A DNA stretch of 64,000 nt from a virus. The DNA lies in the IMG/VR virus record IMGVR_UViG_3300032397_000001; one strand, given 5' to 3'. This document shows positions 44,757-55,600 of the stretch, in pieces (position 1 is the stretch's first letter; every line of letters begins with the position of its first letter). Under the pieces are notes generated by a model. The model was not told the origin of the DNA, did not search any database, and saw only the letters and a program-made list of their open reading frames with translations. The position numbers and the translations under genes are program-made.

Positions 44757-46000
44757 TTCACGAAACGTTACGTAGATCTATCCTAAAGATTTTGACTGCT
44801 GACTCTTTACGATTCTGGGGCCTTATTCTGTACAATTTAGAATTTAAAGTGGCGGAAGATGATCCTTTAACTCCTACAATGACTATTTATTATGACCGCG
44901 GGTGGTACTGCCGATATAATCCAGATTTCGTGAATGGAAAAAGTGAAACCGAAATGGTTTATATAGTCATTCATGAATTGGTTCATATGCTTAATGGTCA
45001 TTGCTTTAGATGTAGTGAAGAATATGTTTGGTATATTTGGGCTATCGCGATAGATCATGTAGTTAATGTTGCATTAGATCATGATATGGATTGTGGGTAT
45101 TTGAAGAGTATCTCAAAACCCCAAGACAGGACGATTTTTGAGGAGATTAAAGATAAAAATTGGACAGCGGAGCAAGTTTATAAATGGTTGGTGGAGAATG
45201 CAAAGGTAATTTTTCTTCCTCCTACTATGGTTGTGGTTGAAGTAGGTGATAAGCATTATCAATTTCCGATAGATATGATTGTATGTAGTGCAACCTTGGA
45301 ATCATTGAAGGCTTTGCGTGATTTAGTTTCTCAGGCTCGGGCTCATATCAATTCAGATAGAAGTAGAGGTTTACTTAGGGGATTCCTTAGAGAATTGTTA
45401 TCTGATCTGATAGATGTGGTGATTCCTCCTGAAGTTATTTTGGAGGATGCAATTAAGAATATGTTGTCAATTTCGGATAACCGAAGTTGGCGCAGTGTAA
45501 ACAAAAGATTGTTTGCACATGGCATTCTAGCTCCTGCTGATGATACTGAACTTTTGATGGCAGACGTCGTTTGTTTAGTCGATCATTCTGGGTCAATATC
45601 TAAAGAGGAAGCAAAAGCATTTTCAGGGGCAATAAGAAATTGCGCGCATCTGTTCAAACGTTTACACATCGTCAAACATGATGCTGCAGTTGACAAAGAC
45701 GGGGGAGTTACCATCCTAGATAGGGATGAGGTTTATCGATCCGGAACTTTGTTTGAGATGATTGGTCGAGGAGGTACAAGTCATAAAGAACCTTTTGATT
45801 ATTGTCAGCAGTTATGCAATCAGGGAGAAGAGATTAGTCTGGTTCTAGTATTTACAGACTGGGCAAGTGATATTCCTGCTATTTGGGATAAGTATACTTG
45901 GCACACAGAATTTCCTGTTCTCAATATAATTCCTAAAGGTAAAAGTTGGCTTGTCCCTGATAGATTTGGAAAGAAATATGAATTGTTTAAGGGGAAATAA
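44753..46000 (+). CDS. Metallopeptidase-vWA protein (DUF2201-like), partner of the AAA+ ATPase
   Basis: HELVH; VDHSGSI MIDAS, GRGGTS, FTD. Confidence 0.85.
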   Translation: MIHETLRRSILKILTADSLRFWGLILYNLEFKVAEDDPLTPTMTIYYDRGWYCRYNPDFVNGKSETEMVYIVIHELVHMLNGHCFRCSEEYVWYIWAIAIDHVVNVALDHDMDCGYLKSISKPQDRTIFEEIKDKNWTAEQVYKWLVENAKVIFLPPTMVVVEVGDKHYQFPIDMIVCSATLESLKALRDLVSQARAHINSDRSRGLLRGFLRELLSDLIDVVIPPEVILEDAIKNMLSISDNRSWRSVNKRLFAHGILAPADDTELLMADVVCLVDHSGSISKEEAKAFSGAIRNCAHLFKRLHIVKHDAAVDKDGGVTILDRDEVYRSGTLFEMIGRGGTSHKEPFDYCQQLCNQGEEISLVLVFTDWASDIPAIWDKYTWHTEFPVLNIIPKGKSWLVPDRFGKKYELFKGK

Positions 46001-48639
46001 TGAGTGATCTTGTTCGAATATATGAGCCAATTATCAGTAGACTAGGAAAGTATTTATCTGCAAAACATTACTCTAGTGTGGATGAAATCGCGCATGCTTT
46101 GCGATGGATGTATAATGATCATCTCCCCACAAAACAGCCTGTGATGGCTTTGTTGGGAGAAGCTCCCTCAGATGATGAATTCCAATTAGGATTTCCCTTT
46201 GTAGGTCCTGCAGGAGTAGTTCTTGAGGCTGGCTTAGAGTTTTCTAATTTCCCTCGTGATAACTGTTTTATCACAAACGTTTTTCCTTTTGAAAAGCCAG
46301 ATGAGTACAGATGGAAAGTAGGGGATTCTGATGTTGTTTCGTCATATATAAGAGATAAACTAAAAGACTTTCCTGTAATTACCTGTTTAGGTAAACCCGC
46401 GGTTCGAATATATTCAGATTCTCAAGAAAGTATTATTGACGCTAGTGGTAGCTGCTTTGAAGTTAATGGGCAGAAAATTATACCCTCAATTCATCCAGCA
46501 TACGCGTTGAAGGCTTTTATTTCTGATACAGGGGGTGACGAAAGCGTTTTTTGGTATTTAGTTCTCGCACTGCGAAACGCTAAGGGTATATTAAATGGTG
46601 AAGATGTTTTCGAATCTACAACAAATCATAAGGCAGGTTTAATCCTTGATAAGAATGATATGATTTCATGGTTTGGGTCTGTTCCTGATAAAGCTTTTGT
46701 TTCTCTAGACTATGAAGCAACACATACTAATCCTTATTTATCCTCGTTGCCTTTATGTGGTGGTTTGAGTTATGATGGTGTGAATAGCGTTTCGATGGCA
46801 TTCAATCCATGGTTTCCTGATTCAAACATTTCGTTTTCTGACTTCTTAAAGGTAGTTGCGGAGTGTAATCATTTACAGTTTATAATGCACAATCTCTTGT
46901 ATGATTATTCTCTTATGTACCGCTTTGGATATCGAGGGAATCCTCCTGCTGCAGACACGATGTATTTAGCTCACCTTGGATTCGAGTTCATGCCTAAAAA
47001 TCTCAAATTCCTTTCGTCTTTCTTTTGTAAGATTAAACCTTATTCATTTTCATTCAAGAATTTGGAGCCTTTCATACGTAAAGGGCCTGAACTTTATGAG
47101 GATTACAAGTATTGGTTAATTCGTCTTTTGAAATATAATGGTGTTGATGCTATAGCAACACGTCTTTTACTTGATGCGATTCCACGTTTCTTAGGTTTAG
47201 ATTGGCCTCGTGTTCAGAAGTTGTATAATGAATATATGCATCGATTGTTATTGAAGTTAAGGAAAGTTCAAGAGAATGGAATGATTTTGAATCTCAGTGT
47301 GAGAGAGGAAATTCATGATCAATTAAAGAGTGAGATGTCTCAGTCTGAGCATGGTTTCAAATCATATATGCCTGGTGTTGACAATCTAAGATCTTCTGAT
47401 CAGGTAGCTGATGCGTTCAAAGGGATTCTAGAAGATCAGTATCCGAGTTTAATTAGAAAGACTGAGAAGGGAAATCTTTCATTAACGGCGGGAGTGCTTA
47501 AAGCTCTTGCTGAGCAAGGAATTCAGCCTGCAGATCAGTTATTACATTATAGGAAGACATGTAAGCTTTTATCAACTTATATTGATAGTTATCCTGAGTA
47601 TCTTGATTCAGAAGGTTTGATTCACACTCAATTTGCATTAACTAAAACGTCTCGCTTGCGTTCTTCAGATCCTGCCCTTCAGACTCTTCCACGACAATCC
47701 GCTGTTTTGCAATTGTTTACTGCAGATGTTGGGATACCTCCTTATGAACATGTTCTTGTAAAGGGTGATTATTCTGGAGCTGAAGCTCGAGAGTTAGCTT
47801 ATTTCTGTGGTATTCAAGAGTTATTAGACCCTACTGTTGATATTCATGTTCTTACGGCTACAATATTTTTTGAAATTTCTAAAGAGCAAGTGACGCCGGA
47901 GAAAAGGCAAACAACTAAAAACTTGACATTCGGTGTTATTTATGGTGCGTCTGCTCCTCGGGTAGCTGTGCTTGTATTTGGAAGTGCAAGTCGTGAGAAT
48001 ATATCTAAAGCTCGTGATTTGATAGAAGCTTATTTTAAGAGGTTTTATCAGATTCCACAATTTATGCGTAATAGGGAGAATGATATCGCACGACTTGGAT
48101 ATGTTGAGACACCAATGGGTCTCCGACGTCATTTCCCTGTAGAGTGTATGATATTCCAAATTACTTTAGATGAAAAGCGAATGGTTGGTGCATTAGGTAG
48201 ACGATTTGGTAATAGAATGTACTCAAAGGCAAAACGTGAAGGATATAATTGTTTCCCTCAGACTGGAGTTGCGTATACGACAAATGTTTCCTTGTGTAAC
48301 CTAGATGACGCCTTTGAGGCGAAGGAGTGGAATGATAGACCTAAACCTACTGTCAACTTACAAATACATGACGCGCTGATATCAAGAATGCATCAGTCAG
48401 TTTTTATTGATGCTTTTGAGATAAAGAAGAATGAAATGTTAAGACCAATTATAGGGGACTTGGTCATCCCCGTAGATTTTTCGATAGGGTGGGATTTGCG
48501 TAATCAGGTAAAGATTATTTCAGCTGAAGAAAGTGTTCAACCTATTGATTGGGATAAGATTTTAGGCCGTTTAAGAGATTCCAAGAGAACAGATCTTTAT
48601 GACTTTGCATTACATGCAAAGTCTTTCAAGGAGGTTTAG
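46000..48639 (+). CDS. polA: DNA polymerase A with N-terminal UDG-family-4-like domain and 3'-5' exonuclease
   Basis: GEAP..PFVGPAG, HPAY; LDYE, HNLLYD, YNGVDA; SRLRSSDPALQ, GDYSGAE, RQTTKNLTFGVIYG, QIHD. Confidence 0.93.
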   Translation: MSDLVRIYEPIISRLGKYLSAKHYSSVDEIAHALRWMYNDHLPTKQPVMALLGEAPSDDEFQLGFPFVGPAGVVLEAGLEFSNFPRDNCFITNVFPFEKPDEYRWKVGDSDVVSSYIRDKLKDFPVITCLGKPAVRIYSDSQESIIDASGSCFEVNGQKIIPSIHPAYALKAFISDTGGDESVFWYLVLALRNAKGILNGEDVFESTTNHKAGLILDKNDMISWFGSVPDKAFVSLDYEATHTNPYLSSLPLCGGLSYDGVNSVSMAFNPWFPDSNISFSDFLKVVAECNHLQFIMHNLLYDYSLMYRFGYRGNPPAADTMYLAHLGFEFMPKNLKFLSSFFCKIKPYSFSFKNLEPFIRKGPELYEDYKYWLIRLLKYNGVDAIATRLLLDAIPRFLGLDWPRVQKLYNEYMHRLLLKLRKVQENGMILNLSVREEIHDQLKSEMSQSEHGFKSYMPGVDNLRSSDQVADAFKGILEDQYPSLIRKTEKGNLSLTAGVLKALAEQGIQPADQLLHYRKTCKLLSTYIDSYPEYLDSEGLIHTQFALTKTSRLRSSDPALQTLPRQSAVLQLFTADVGIPPYEHVLVKGDYSGAEARELAYFCGIQELLDPTVDIHVLTATIFFEISKEQVTPEKRQTTKNLTFGVIYGASAPRVAVLVFGSASRENISKARDLIEAYFKRFYQIPQFMRNRENDIARLGYVETPMGLRRHFPVECMIFQITLDEKRMVGALGRRFGNRMYSKAKREGYNCFPQTGVAYTTNVSLCNLDDAFEAKEWNDRPKPTVNLQIHDALISRMHQSVFIDAFEIKKNEMLRPIIGDLVIPVDFSIGWDLRNQVKIISAEESVQPIDWDKILGRLRDSKRTDLYDFALHAKSFKEV

Positions 48640-48992
48640 TGGAAAAGAAAAGAGTTCTTGTAAGATATGGAGAGTGTTTAAGGTGTGGTCAGTGCTGTCG
48701 TTTAGTTGAACTGGTTACTGCTGATGTAATAAATAAGGAGAAAGTTCAAGGTAATCTGAATTTACAACACTTTCTTAAACAAGAAGTTGCGCAATCAGTT
48801 CATTGTGTTCATTTGTGTTTTGATCCTTCGACAAAGTTAGTATCTTGTGGGTTGTTTGATAAACCCAATCGTCCACAATTTTGTATCGATCATCCAAGTA
48901 GTCCAGCATCTCTGACGAAGAGTTGTATAGGATATAAGTTTGAGTATGAGTGGTTAACTGATGAGGAGATTGCAAAACTGAAGCCCAATTAA
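48639..48992 (+). CDS. YkgJ-like cysteine-cluster protein
   Basis: CLRCGQCC...CVHL...CGLFDKPNRPQFC. Confidence 0.8.
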   Translation: MEKKRVLVRYGECLRCGQCCRLVELVTADVINKEKVQGNLNLQHFLKQEVAQSVHCVHLCFDPSTKLVSCGLFDKPNRPQFCIDHPSSPASLTKSCIGYKFEYEWLTDEEIAKLKPN

Positions 48993-48996
48993 TATT

Positions 48997-50085
48997 ATGT
49001 CTTGGACGAAAATCAGTTTAAAAACATCTAATAGGTTAGAGGTTTGGGAGTTGCCAATGTCTAGAGTACTGGGAGTACCAGATAATCCGCATATTGTTTA
49101 TGAGTATAAAGATAAAAATGTAAGTGTGTCGTCTCCTGAATTCTTTATTGGCACTTTCAGGGGTGTATTATGTTTTGGTTGTAAGCTTGAAGGACATTTG
49201 TGGTCTGTAGATTTTTTCTTATCGGAATTTCAGTCAAGTGTGAAGAGTTTACAGAATCGTTTCCGAAGAAAGATTTGTTCAGATCTTAATAATGATAATT
49301 ATGACTTAGAGTTGAAACAAGTTTGTTGTCTTACCGATGACTTGCGATTAAGGAGCGGCAATTCAAATAATGTAATGACATTCGATCGAGCGAGAATGTC
49401 TTTATTTGTGCAGTTGACTAATCATGCAGCTCTTTTTAATTTCTTGTGTACTTTCAGGATGCATTATATATCTTGGCGTAAAATGATTGATGAGATTATG
49501 AATGTGACCGTGACAATTAGTAAGGAATTAGATAGAACTGAAGGAGCAGCTTTAAAATTCTTTCAGTTCTTTGCTTCAGGAGGTAACTGTGAATTCAAAC
49601 AGTTAGGAGGGGTTTCTCCTTGGTTTGGTTTGAGAGACGCGAAATCTCTTTTGACATTTTTGAATGTGTATTCACAAAATCGGAAATTATTTCAGGAGTA
49701 TCAGGATCTTGATCATTCCAATTTTGTCAATTCTAAGGAATTCAAGGATTGGAAAAGAATATTATCTTTAGCTCAAATAGCTCGGGTTTCAAATTATAAG
49801 TTACAAGGGATTACTGTGTCAGCTGCTCGTATGCCCCATTCGACTGTGTCAATCAATAATAATTTACCTGCTTCGACTGATTGTCATGAAAATTGGTGGT
49901 TGCAATTTAAGATTGCAGGAGCCCTTTGCATTTATATTTATTTCAAAAATGATGAATTACAACCAGAACAATTTGTTCAGCCTAGTGCTTTACGTGCGGT
50001 TTGTTTCCCGCTGTTCTACTTGAAGGTAACTCATCAGTTAGATAAATTTGTAACTTCGTTAATGTCAAGGAAGTTAACAGGATGA
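48997..50085 (+). CDS. Hypothetical protein
   Basis: 362-aa ORF. Confidence 0.6.
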   Translation: MSWTKISLKTSNRLEVWELPMSRVLGVPDNPHIVYEYKDKNVSVSSPEFFIGTFRGVLCFGCKLEGHLWSVDFFLSEFQSSVKSLQNRFRRKICSDLNNDNYDLELKQVCCLTDDLRLRSGNSNNVMTFDRARMSLFVQLTNHAALFNFLCTFRMHYISWRKMIDEIMNVTVTISKELDRTEGAALKFFQFFASGGNCEFKQLGGVSPWFGLRDAKSLLTFLNVYSQNRKLFQEYQDLDHSNFVNSKEFKDWKRILSLAQIARVSNYKLQGITVSAARMPHSTVSINNNLPASTDCHENWWLQFKIAGALCIYIYFKNDELQPEQFVQPSALRAVCFPLFYLKVTHQLDKFVTSLMSRKLTG

Positions 50086-50318
50086 GTTATTTAGAGTTTG
50101 ATTTAATGTCGTACTGTTTACGTATGAAAGGTAAATGGTGGGCTAATCATTTCTTTCGTAATAGGGAAGCAAACACCTTTTATAATCATCTGCGTGTGCA
50201 GGACTTAGGTACTGTGATTGAGATTTTAGGATGTGGTTGCCCTAATTATCAAATTCATATTGATGGTTACTTTGGGTATATGTGTTCAGAACTTTACCCG
50301 CATAGGAGTATTCAATGA
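50082..50318 (+). CDS. Hypothetical protein
   Basis: 78 aa, ATGA overlaps on both sides. Confidence 0.55.
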   Translation: MSYLEFDLMSYCLRMKGKWWANHFFRNREANTFYNHLRVQDLGTVIEILGCGCPNYQIHIDGYFGYMCSELYPHRSIQ

Positions 50319-50872
50319 TGGGAACTTGTGTAGCAAGACATTTTAGTTTCTGTGCGAGCCATAGACTTTTTCTCTGTGTAGACAAAAATCATCCTTGTAG
50401 TCACTTGCATGGGCATAATTATGAAGGTGAAGTAATTGTGTCTGCCCGTCGTGCATATGATGGGATGTTTATTGACTTTAGTACTCTGAAAGAAAGGATT
50501 TCAAATCTTGAGCAGACTTTTGATCATTGTACTATTGTGAATGAGTCGGATCCTTTTGTAAAAGTTCTCACTGAATATAAAATGAAGAAAGTTGTTCTTC
50601 GTCATGGAGATCCTACTGTAGAGCATATGACTACAGTTTGGGCTGAAATGCTTACGAGACAAATTTTATATTACTTTATGAATGTAAACCGGCTAGATCG
50701 AATTGCTGATCTCAAATCTGTTACTGTCAAAATGGATGAGACCCGTAACTGTTGGGGTTCTTACGAACATGTTATAGAAGATTTAGTATTAATACAACCA
50801 AATAAATATAGCGATTCTCAGATTAAGGCAAGTATCTGTACAATCAACTCGAGATCGGAATTTTCAACGTGA
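50315..50872 (+). CDS. queD: 6-carboxytetrahydropterin synthase
   Basis: FCASHRL, CSHLHGHNY, IDF, FDH, PTVE, ET. Confidence 0.92.
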   Translation: MMGTCVARHFSFCASHRLFLCVDKNHPCSHLHGHNYEGEVIVSARRAYDGMFIDFSTLKERISNLEQTFDHCTIVNESDPFVKVLTEYKMKKVVLRHGDPTVEHMTTVWAEMLTRQILYYFMNVNRLDRIADLKSVTVKMDETRNCWGSYEHVIEDLVLIQPNKYSDSQIKASICTINSRSEFST

Positions 50873-51396
50873 GATCATTTTTATCTATCTATTCTCAGGA
50901 AGTTCCTGTCTTGATCAAGCGCTCTGATACTAGAGTTCGGCCAAGAGTGTTAGTATTTAAGCTAGGGTATAGAATTCCTGAGGGTGAAAAGATTAAGTTG
51001 AAATGGTCTCGTCATCTGGAAACGTTTAATGATAATTTGTTTGTGGACGCAAGAGATCCTATCAAGCATAATCCTTTTGATCCGTATAAGAAGGTTGTCA
51101 AGTTGCCAGATTTTAGAGATAGTAATTGTGCTCTACATATCATCTTAACATTTGAAACTCAATTCAAGGAAGAGTTTGAGAAGCATGTGATGTTCTGTAC
51201 TGTGGAAGGTTTTGAAGAAACGTTTATGCTTCTTACGAGTACTTCAGCACGTGCAGCTGACGCATTGTTGGCGCTGCGAACTCTAGATCGAAGGACCGAA
51301 AAAGAGGTTTTGAAAGAAGCGGAATATTCAACTGAGCATACTTTAAACGTTGAGGCTGCTAAGGCGTCTCAAATAATCAAAAGAGGAAAGTCGTGA
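50869..51396 (+). CDS. Hypothetical protein
   Basis: 175 aa, GTGA overlaps. Confidence 0.6.
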   Translation: MRSFLSIYSQEVPVLIKRSDTRVRPRVLVFKLGYRIPEGEKIKLKWSRHLETFNDNLFVDARDPIKHNPFDPYKKVVKLPDFRDSNCALHIILTFETQFKEEFEKHVMFCTVEGFEETFMLLTSTSARAADALLALRTLDRRTEKEVLKEAEYSTEHTLNVEAAKASQIIKRGKS

Positions 51397-52031
51397 GCAG
51401 AATAGTTTCTGTTCGTATTCATGGGACAGTTGATTATGAAGGTGAGATTCCGAAGAAGGAGATTCATGATTGGGTTAATACTTGCCCCTTTCCTTGGGTG
51501 GGTGTATCTGTGGAAATGGAAAAGCGGATGAAGCACCCAACACAAAAGGGATCTAGTTTTGAAAGACAATTTTGTAGGGCATTATCTCTGTGGGTATCTA
51601 AAGGTGTTGATGAAAATATTTATTGGAGGACTTCAGGGTCTGGGGGTTGGGCAACGCGTAAGCGTGCAAAAATTCAGTTAGGAGATATTACTTGCTACCC
51701 CGAGAAAGTAGAACTTGGGGGCTGGCTTCTAGAGTTAGCTGTTTTTGAATTGAAGTGTCGAGATATAGCAATTGGAGAGCTGTTTACCAAACCGTTTATG
51801 TTTATGGAAGAGTTAATTCACAAACTAAAATGTTCTGAGGAGGCGACAAGGATTCCATTAGTTGTTATGAAGTCGGAAGGAGCAATGCTTACGTTATCTC
51901 TTACTCGATTAGTTGAAACTCTCGGAGTTCGATTTTATAACTTCGATAATACGTTTGCTTTATTTGACTTCCGTGAGGTATTCACGAAAATTGATCCAAT
52001 GCACGCTAGAGTCGCTTGGACTCTAATATAG
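51393..52031 (+). CDS. Hjc-like PD-(D/E)XK Holliday junction resolvase
   Basis: KGSSFERQFC, RTSGSGG, GDI, FELK. Confidence 0.8.
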   Translation: MSRIVSVRIHGTVDYEGEIPKKEIHDWVNTCPFPWVGVSVEMEKRMKHPTQKGSSFERQFCRALSLWVSKGVDENIYWRTSGSGGWATRKRAKIQLGDITCYPEKVELGGWLLELAVFELKCRDIAIGELFTKPFMFMEELIHKLKCSEEATRIPLVVMKSEGAMLTLSLTRLVETLGVRFYNFDNTFALFDFREVFTKIDPMHARVAWTLI

Positions 52032-52606
52032 AAAGAGCGTTAATGTTTACTCAAGTCGAAAGAGAACCTCTAATTCAAATATCAACTTTCCAGAATCAGG
52101 GGTTATACTTTCCTTTTGTTCGGGTTGATAATACTTTACACTTTACATGTGAATGTTTAAATTCAATTCCTTGTGATGAAATGCTAAAGATGTCTTTATT
52201 CCCTTTAAATGCTTTAGTTAATCCTGTATTTCGAGATCGATTCCAGAGTGAATTTGAACTTGTTATGCTTGAAACATGGGATAGCAATCATTCTATAGTA
52301 ATTCCGATCTTTGGAGAAATTCCTCAGTATATAGAGCTATTTTATTTATGGGAATTATTCTTGATGCATGTTGAGGATGTATTTTCCATCCCTTCAACAC
52401 TTGATCTGCTTAAGTTCAAGGTGAAGCTTGAGGAGTCAGAAGAGGCTGCGCCATTAATTTTACAATCGTTTCCCTCGAAGAAGAAATTTGTTTGTTGGCT
52501 TCCTTTGGTAGATTATGCTTTACGTGGGTTGAATGGAGTTCTGTCTACTTGTGAGTGTGGTAGGACGTTTGGAATAATTCAAAAGATGTTATTGCATTAC
52601 AGATGA
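52016..52606 (+). CDS. Hypothetical protein
   Basis: 196-aa ORF, CEC motifs. Confidence 0.55.
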   Translation: MDSNIERALMFTQVEREPLIQISTFQNQGLYFPFVRVDNTLHFTCECLNSIPCDEMLKMSLFPLNALVNPVFRDRFQSEFELVMLETWDSNHSIVIPIFGEIPQYIELFYLWELFLMHVEDVFSIPSTLDLLKFKVKLEESEEAAPLILQSFPSKKKFVCWLPLVDYALRGLNGVLSTCECGRTFGIIQKMLLHYR

Positions 52607-55600
52607 AATACGACGATAAATCAATACAGGTTTTCAAGGGCGTTGAAGCTGTTCGCAAACGTCCTATGATGTACATTACTAGTCTTGACGCTAGTGGTAT
52701 TCGTCATATGTTTCGCGAGATTTTGACAAATGCAGTAGATGAACATTTAGCAGGATATGGTAATAAATTAATAGTCAAGAAGGTTGGTTCTCAGATAATA
52801 GTACGAGATTTTGGTAGAGGCGTCCCATTCGGAATTCATCCCGAAGAGCAGATTAATACCCTCACATTAGTCGCAACTCAATTACATGCAGGCGGAAAGT
52901 TCGATGAGAACCTCTATAAAATTTCTGCGGGATTACACGGTGTGGGGTTGTCGGTTGTGAATGCTTTATCTTCTTCCCTTATAATTAAATCGTTCCGTGA
53001 TGGGAAGAGTGCACATCAATTCTTTAAGAAAGGTATTCCTGATTCTGATGTTGTGCTTGGAAGTACTTCAGAGGAAAATGGAACCCTTGTTGTATATACT
53101 CCTGATAATGAAATCTTTAATACGATAGATATATCTGTTGATTGGCTTGTTGAAGACTTATTTTTCATCTCCTGTTTGAACTCGTTGCATATTGTAGCAG
53201 ATCTCGACGGGCAAGATTTAGAGTTAAAAGATAGATCACCTTGTTCGTTAATTGAGTCAAAAGATTTGCTTCATGAAGTTATTGAGATTCCTAATGCTAC
53301 GGCTGATAATAAGGTTTATGTGCTTTTTGCGTTTTCATTATCGTATAATCCTAAAGTGTTTTGTTTCGTCAATAATGTTCCAGTGCAGAGGGGTAATTTT
53401 TTATCGTCATTTTATGATTGCTTTGCGAAGCAGTTGAATGAATCTGGGATGGGTTTTGAATCAGGTGATTTGCAGGAGTCTATTAGTTTGGTATTATCTA
53501 TTCGAGCTCCTGTAAGTGTAATTCATTTCAAAGGGCAATCTAAAGAGGTTGCTGATTTAAAGTATGATAAGATCCGCCCATTATATGAATACCTTTTTGA
53601 TAGAGTGTGGGAAGCTCGAGGGTTCAAGGCACTCCTTACAAAATATTATAAACCCTTTCTGACAGCTGTTCAACAGAGAAGAGCGAAATCGAAAGATTTA
53701 AAGAATGCTTTGAAAGAGCTTGGTGATCAAAAGACTACTACTATTATTCTTCCTGGTAAGCTTGCTGACTGTCAAGATCAAGAGGGATATGGAGAACTGT
53801 ATATAGTAGAAGGAGAGAGCGTTAGTTATGATACTATGATTCCTTTTATTGATAAGAAGGGAGTTGAAAGATTTTTACGTATTTGTGATATTAATCCTGA
53901 AGATATAGAAAGCGTTCGAAGTTTTAATCTTCATTCTGGTAAATATGAGATCAAACGAGTTATTGGTGTTATTCGTCATTTATATAATAAGAAGTATATT
54001 TTTAGAGTTAAGGTAAAAGGGGGTTTTTGGTTTGATATTACAGAAGATAATCAGAGTATTTATGTATATAGAGATTCTTCTTTACATGAGGTTGGGCTTT
54101 CAGATATCAAGATAGGAGATTTGCTTGTTTCTCCAATACAAGAGGAGTTTAATATAATATCTAGTCCAATCAATGTAATTTCAGTTTTAGTTAGAGTTGT
54201 TGGGGAATCTCGAACTCAGAAGATTAGCAACAAGTTTATTCAGTTAGATTATCAAGATTTTGATTTTGGTGTAGAAGGGCTCATTTGTAGTTTAAAAGAC
54301 GTATTTTATTGTTATGGAATGGATAGATCTACAATTTCAAGATGGACTAATATCTCTTATAATGCTTTGGAAGGGTTTGATCGTAAAAGGTATTCAATTA
54401 GTTTATTCCATTTTGGGAAGGTCAAAAAATTTATTCAGGACTTTAATGAGAAGGATTTTTTTATCAAGTTACCTTTGACAGAAGAAAATGTTAAATATTA
54501 TTCAGGCAAAAGTAGTTTTCAATTTGTTATTCAAAGAGGTTCAGGGGGCTTAGGGGATCATTTTCTTAGTCCTTTACCTCTTCAATATAAAATGTCTGTA
54601 GACTTAGCTTTTATTATAGGGCAGTATATTGGAGATGGCTATCATCGTATGCCTTGCACTCCTAAAGCACAAGTCGCTTTTTGTATTGGAGAAGATAAAC
54701 ATCTGATTAGTGATCAGTTAAGATTGTGTTCAGAACGTCTTTTTAAGTCTCACGGTACGATCACGGAATCAAAACCTGCTAATAAATGTTTTCAACTAGG
54801 TGTTCTTGAACTGAGATTGATTTTATATGCATTAGGATTGACTCATGAGATTAAATCATCAGATAAATTTATTCCTCAGTGCTTCTTTTCGGAGAGTAAG
54901 GAAGTTGTCGAAAGTCTTTTAAAAGGATTATACTTAAGTGGTGGTTATTTAACTACTGATACAGATTATTTTAAGTTAGGTTTCGAGACTTCATCTAGAA
55001 GATTGGCTTTTGAATTATGTAGGTTGTTATTTTTATATTTTGGTATTATTCCAGTATTTCAAAGTAAACCCTCAAAAAGATATATTATCCAAGGTATTAG
55101 TGGTATAACTAAAGAGGTTTTTTGTGTTACCATTAATAAATATAACGATCAAATACGGTTGAAGTTTATATGCAAATTATTTGAGAGTTTCAATTCTGAT
55201 AAAAATATATCTGATCGGCCGCAATATTTTTGTCAAGGAGATTTTAGGTATATTCCAGTTGTTAAGATTGAGAGAGTTCCTTACAATAATCCATATGTTT
55301 ACGATTTAAGTATTAAGGATAATGAGAATTTTCATGTTGGAGCAATCCCTTTATTAGTTCATAATAGTGCTTCAGGTACTGCAAAGCAGGCTCGTGACCG
55401 TCGATTCCAGGCAATATTACCAATCCGAGGAAAAACTCTAAACACTTTAAAAGCAACACTTTCTAAAACAGTTGAGAGTGATGTGATTAAAGATATCTTC
55501 GCTGCGGTTGGCGTTGATATCTCGGGAAAGCAGATTACGATTAGACCTCGCTATTCGAAGATCATCATTGCCAGTGATGCCGACAGTGTTAGTGCTGAAA

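Noticed and set aside
43572-46000. MoxR AAA+ / vWA-peptidase pair as a novel system
   Set aside because: A common gene pair in large phages; kept as features only
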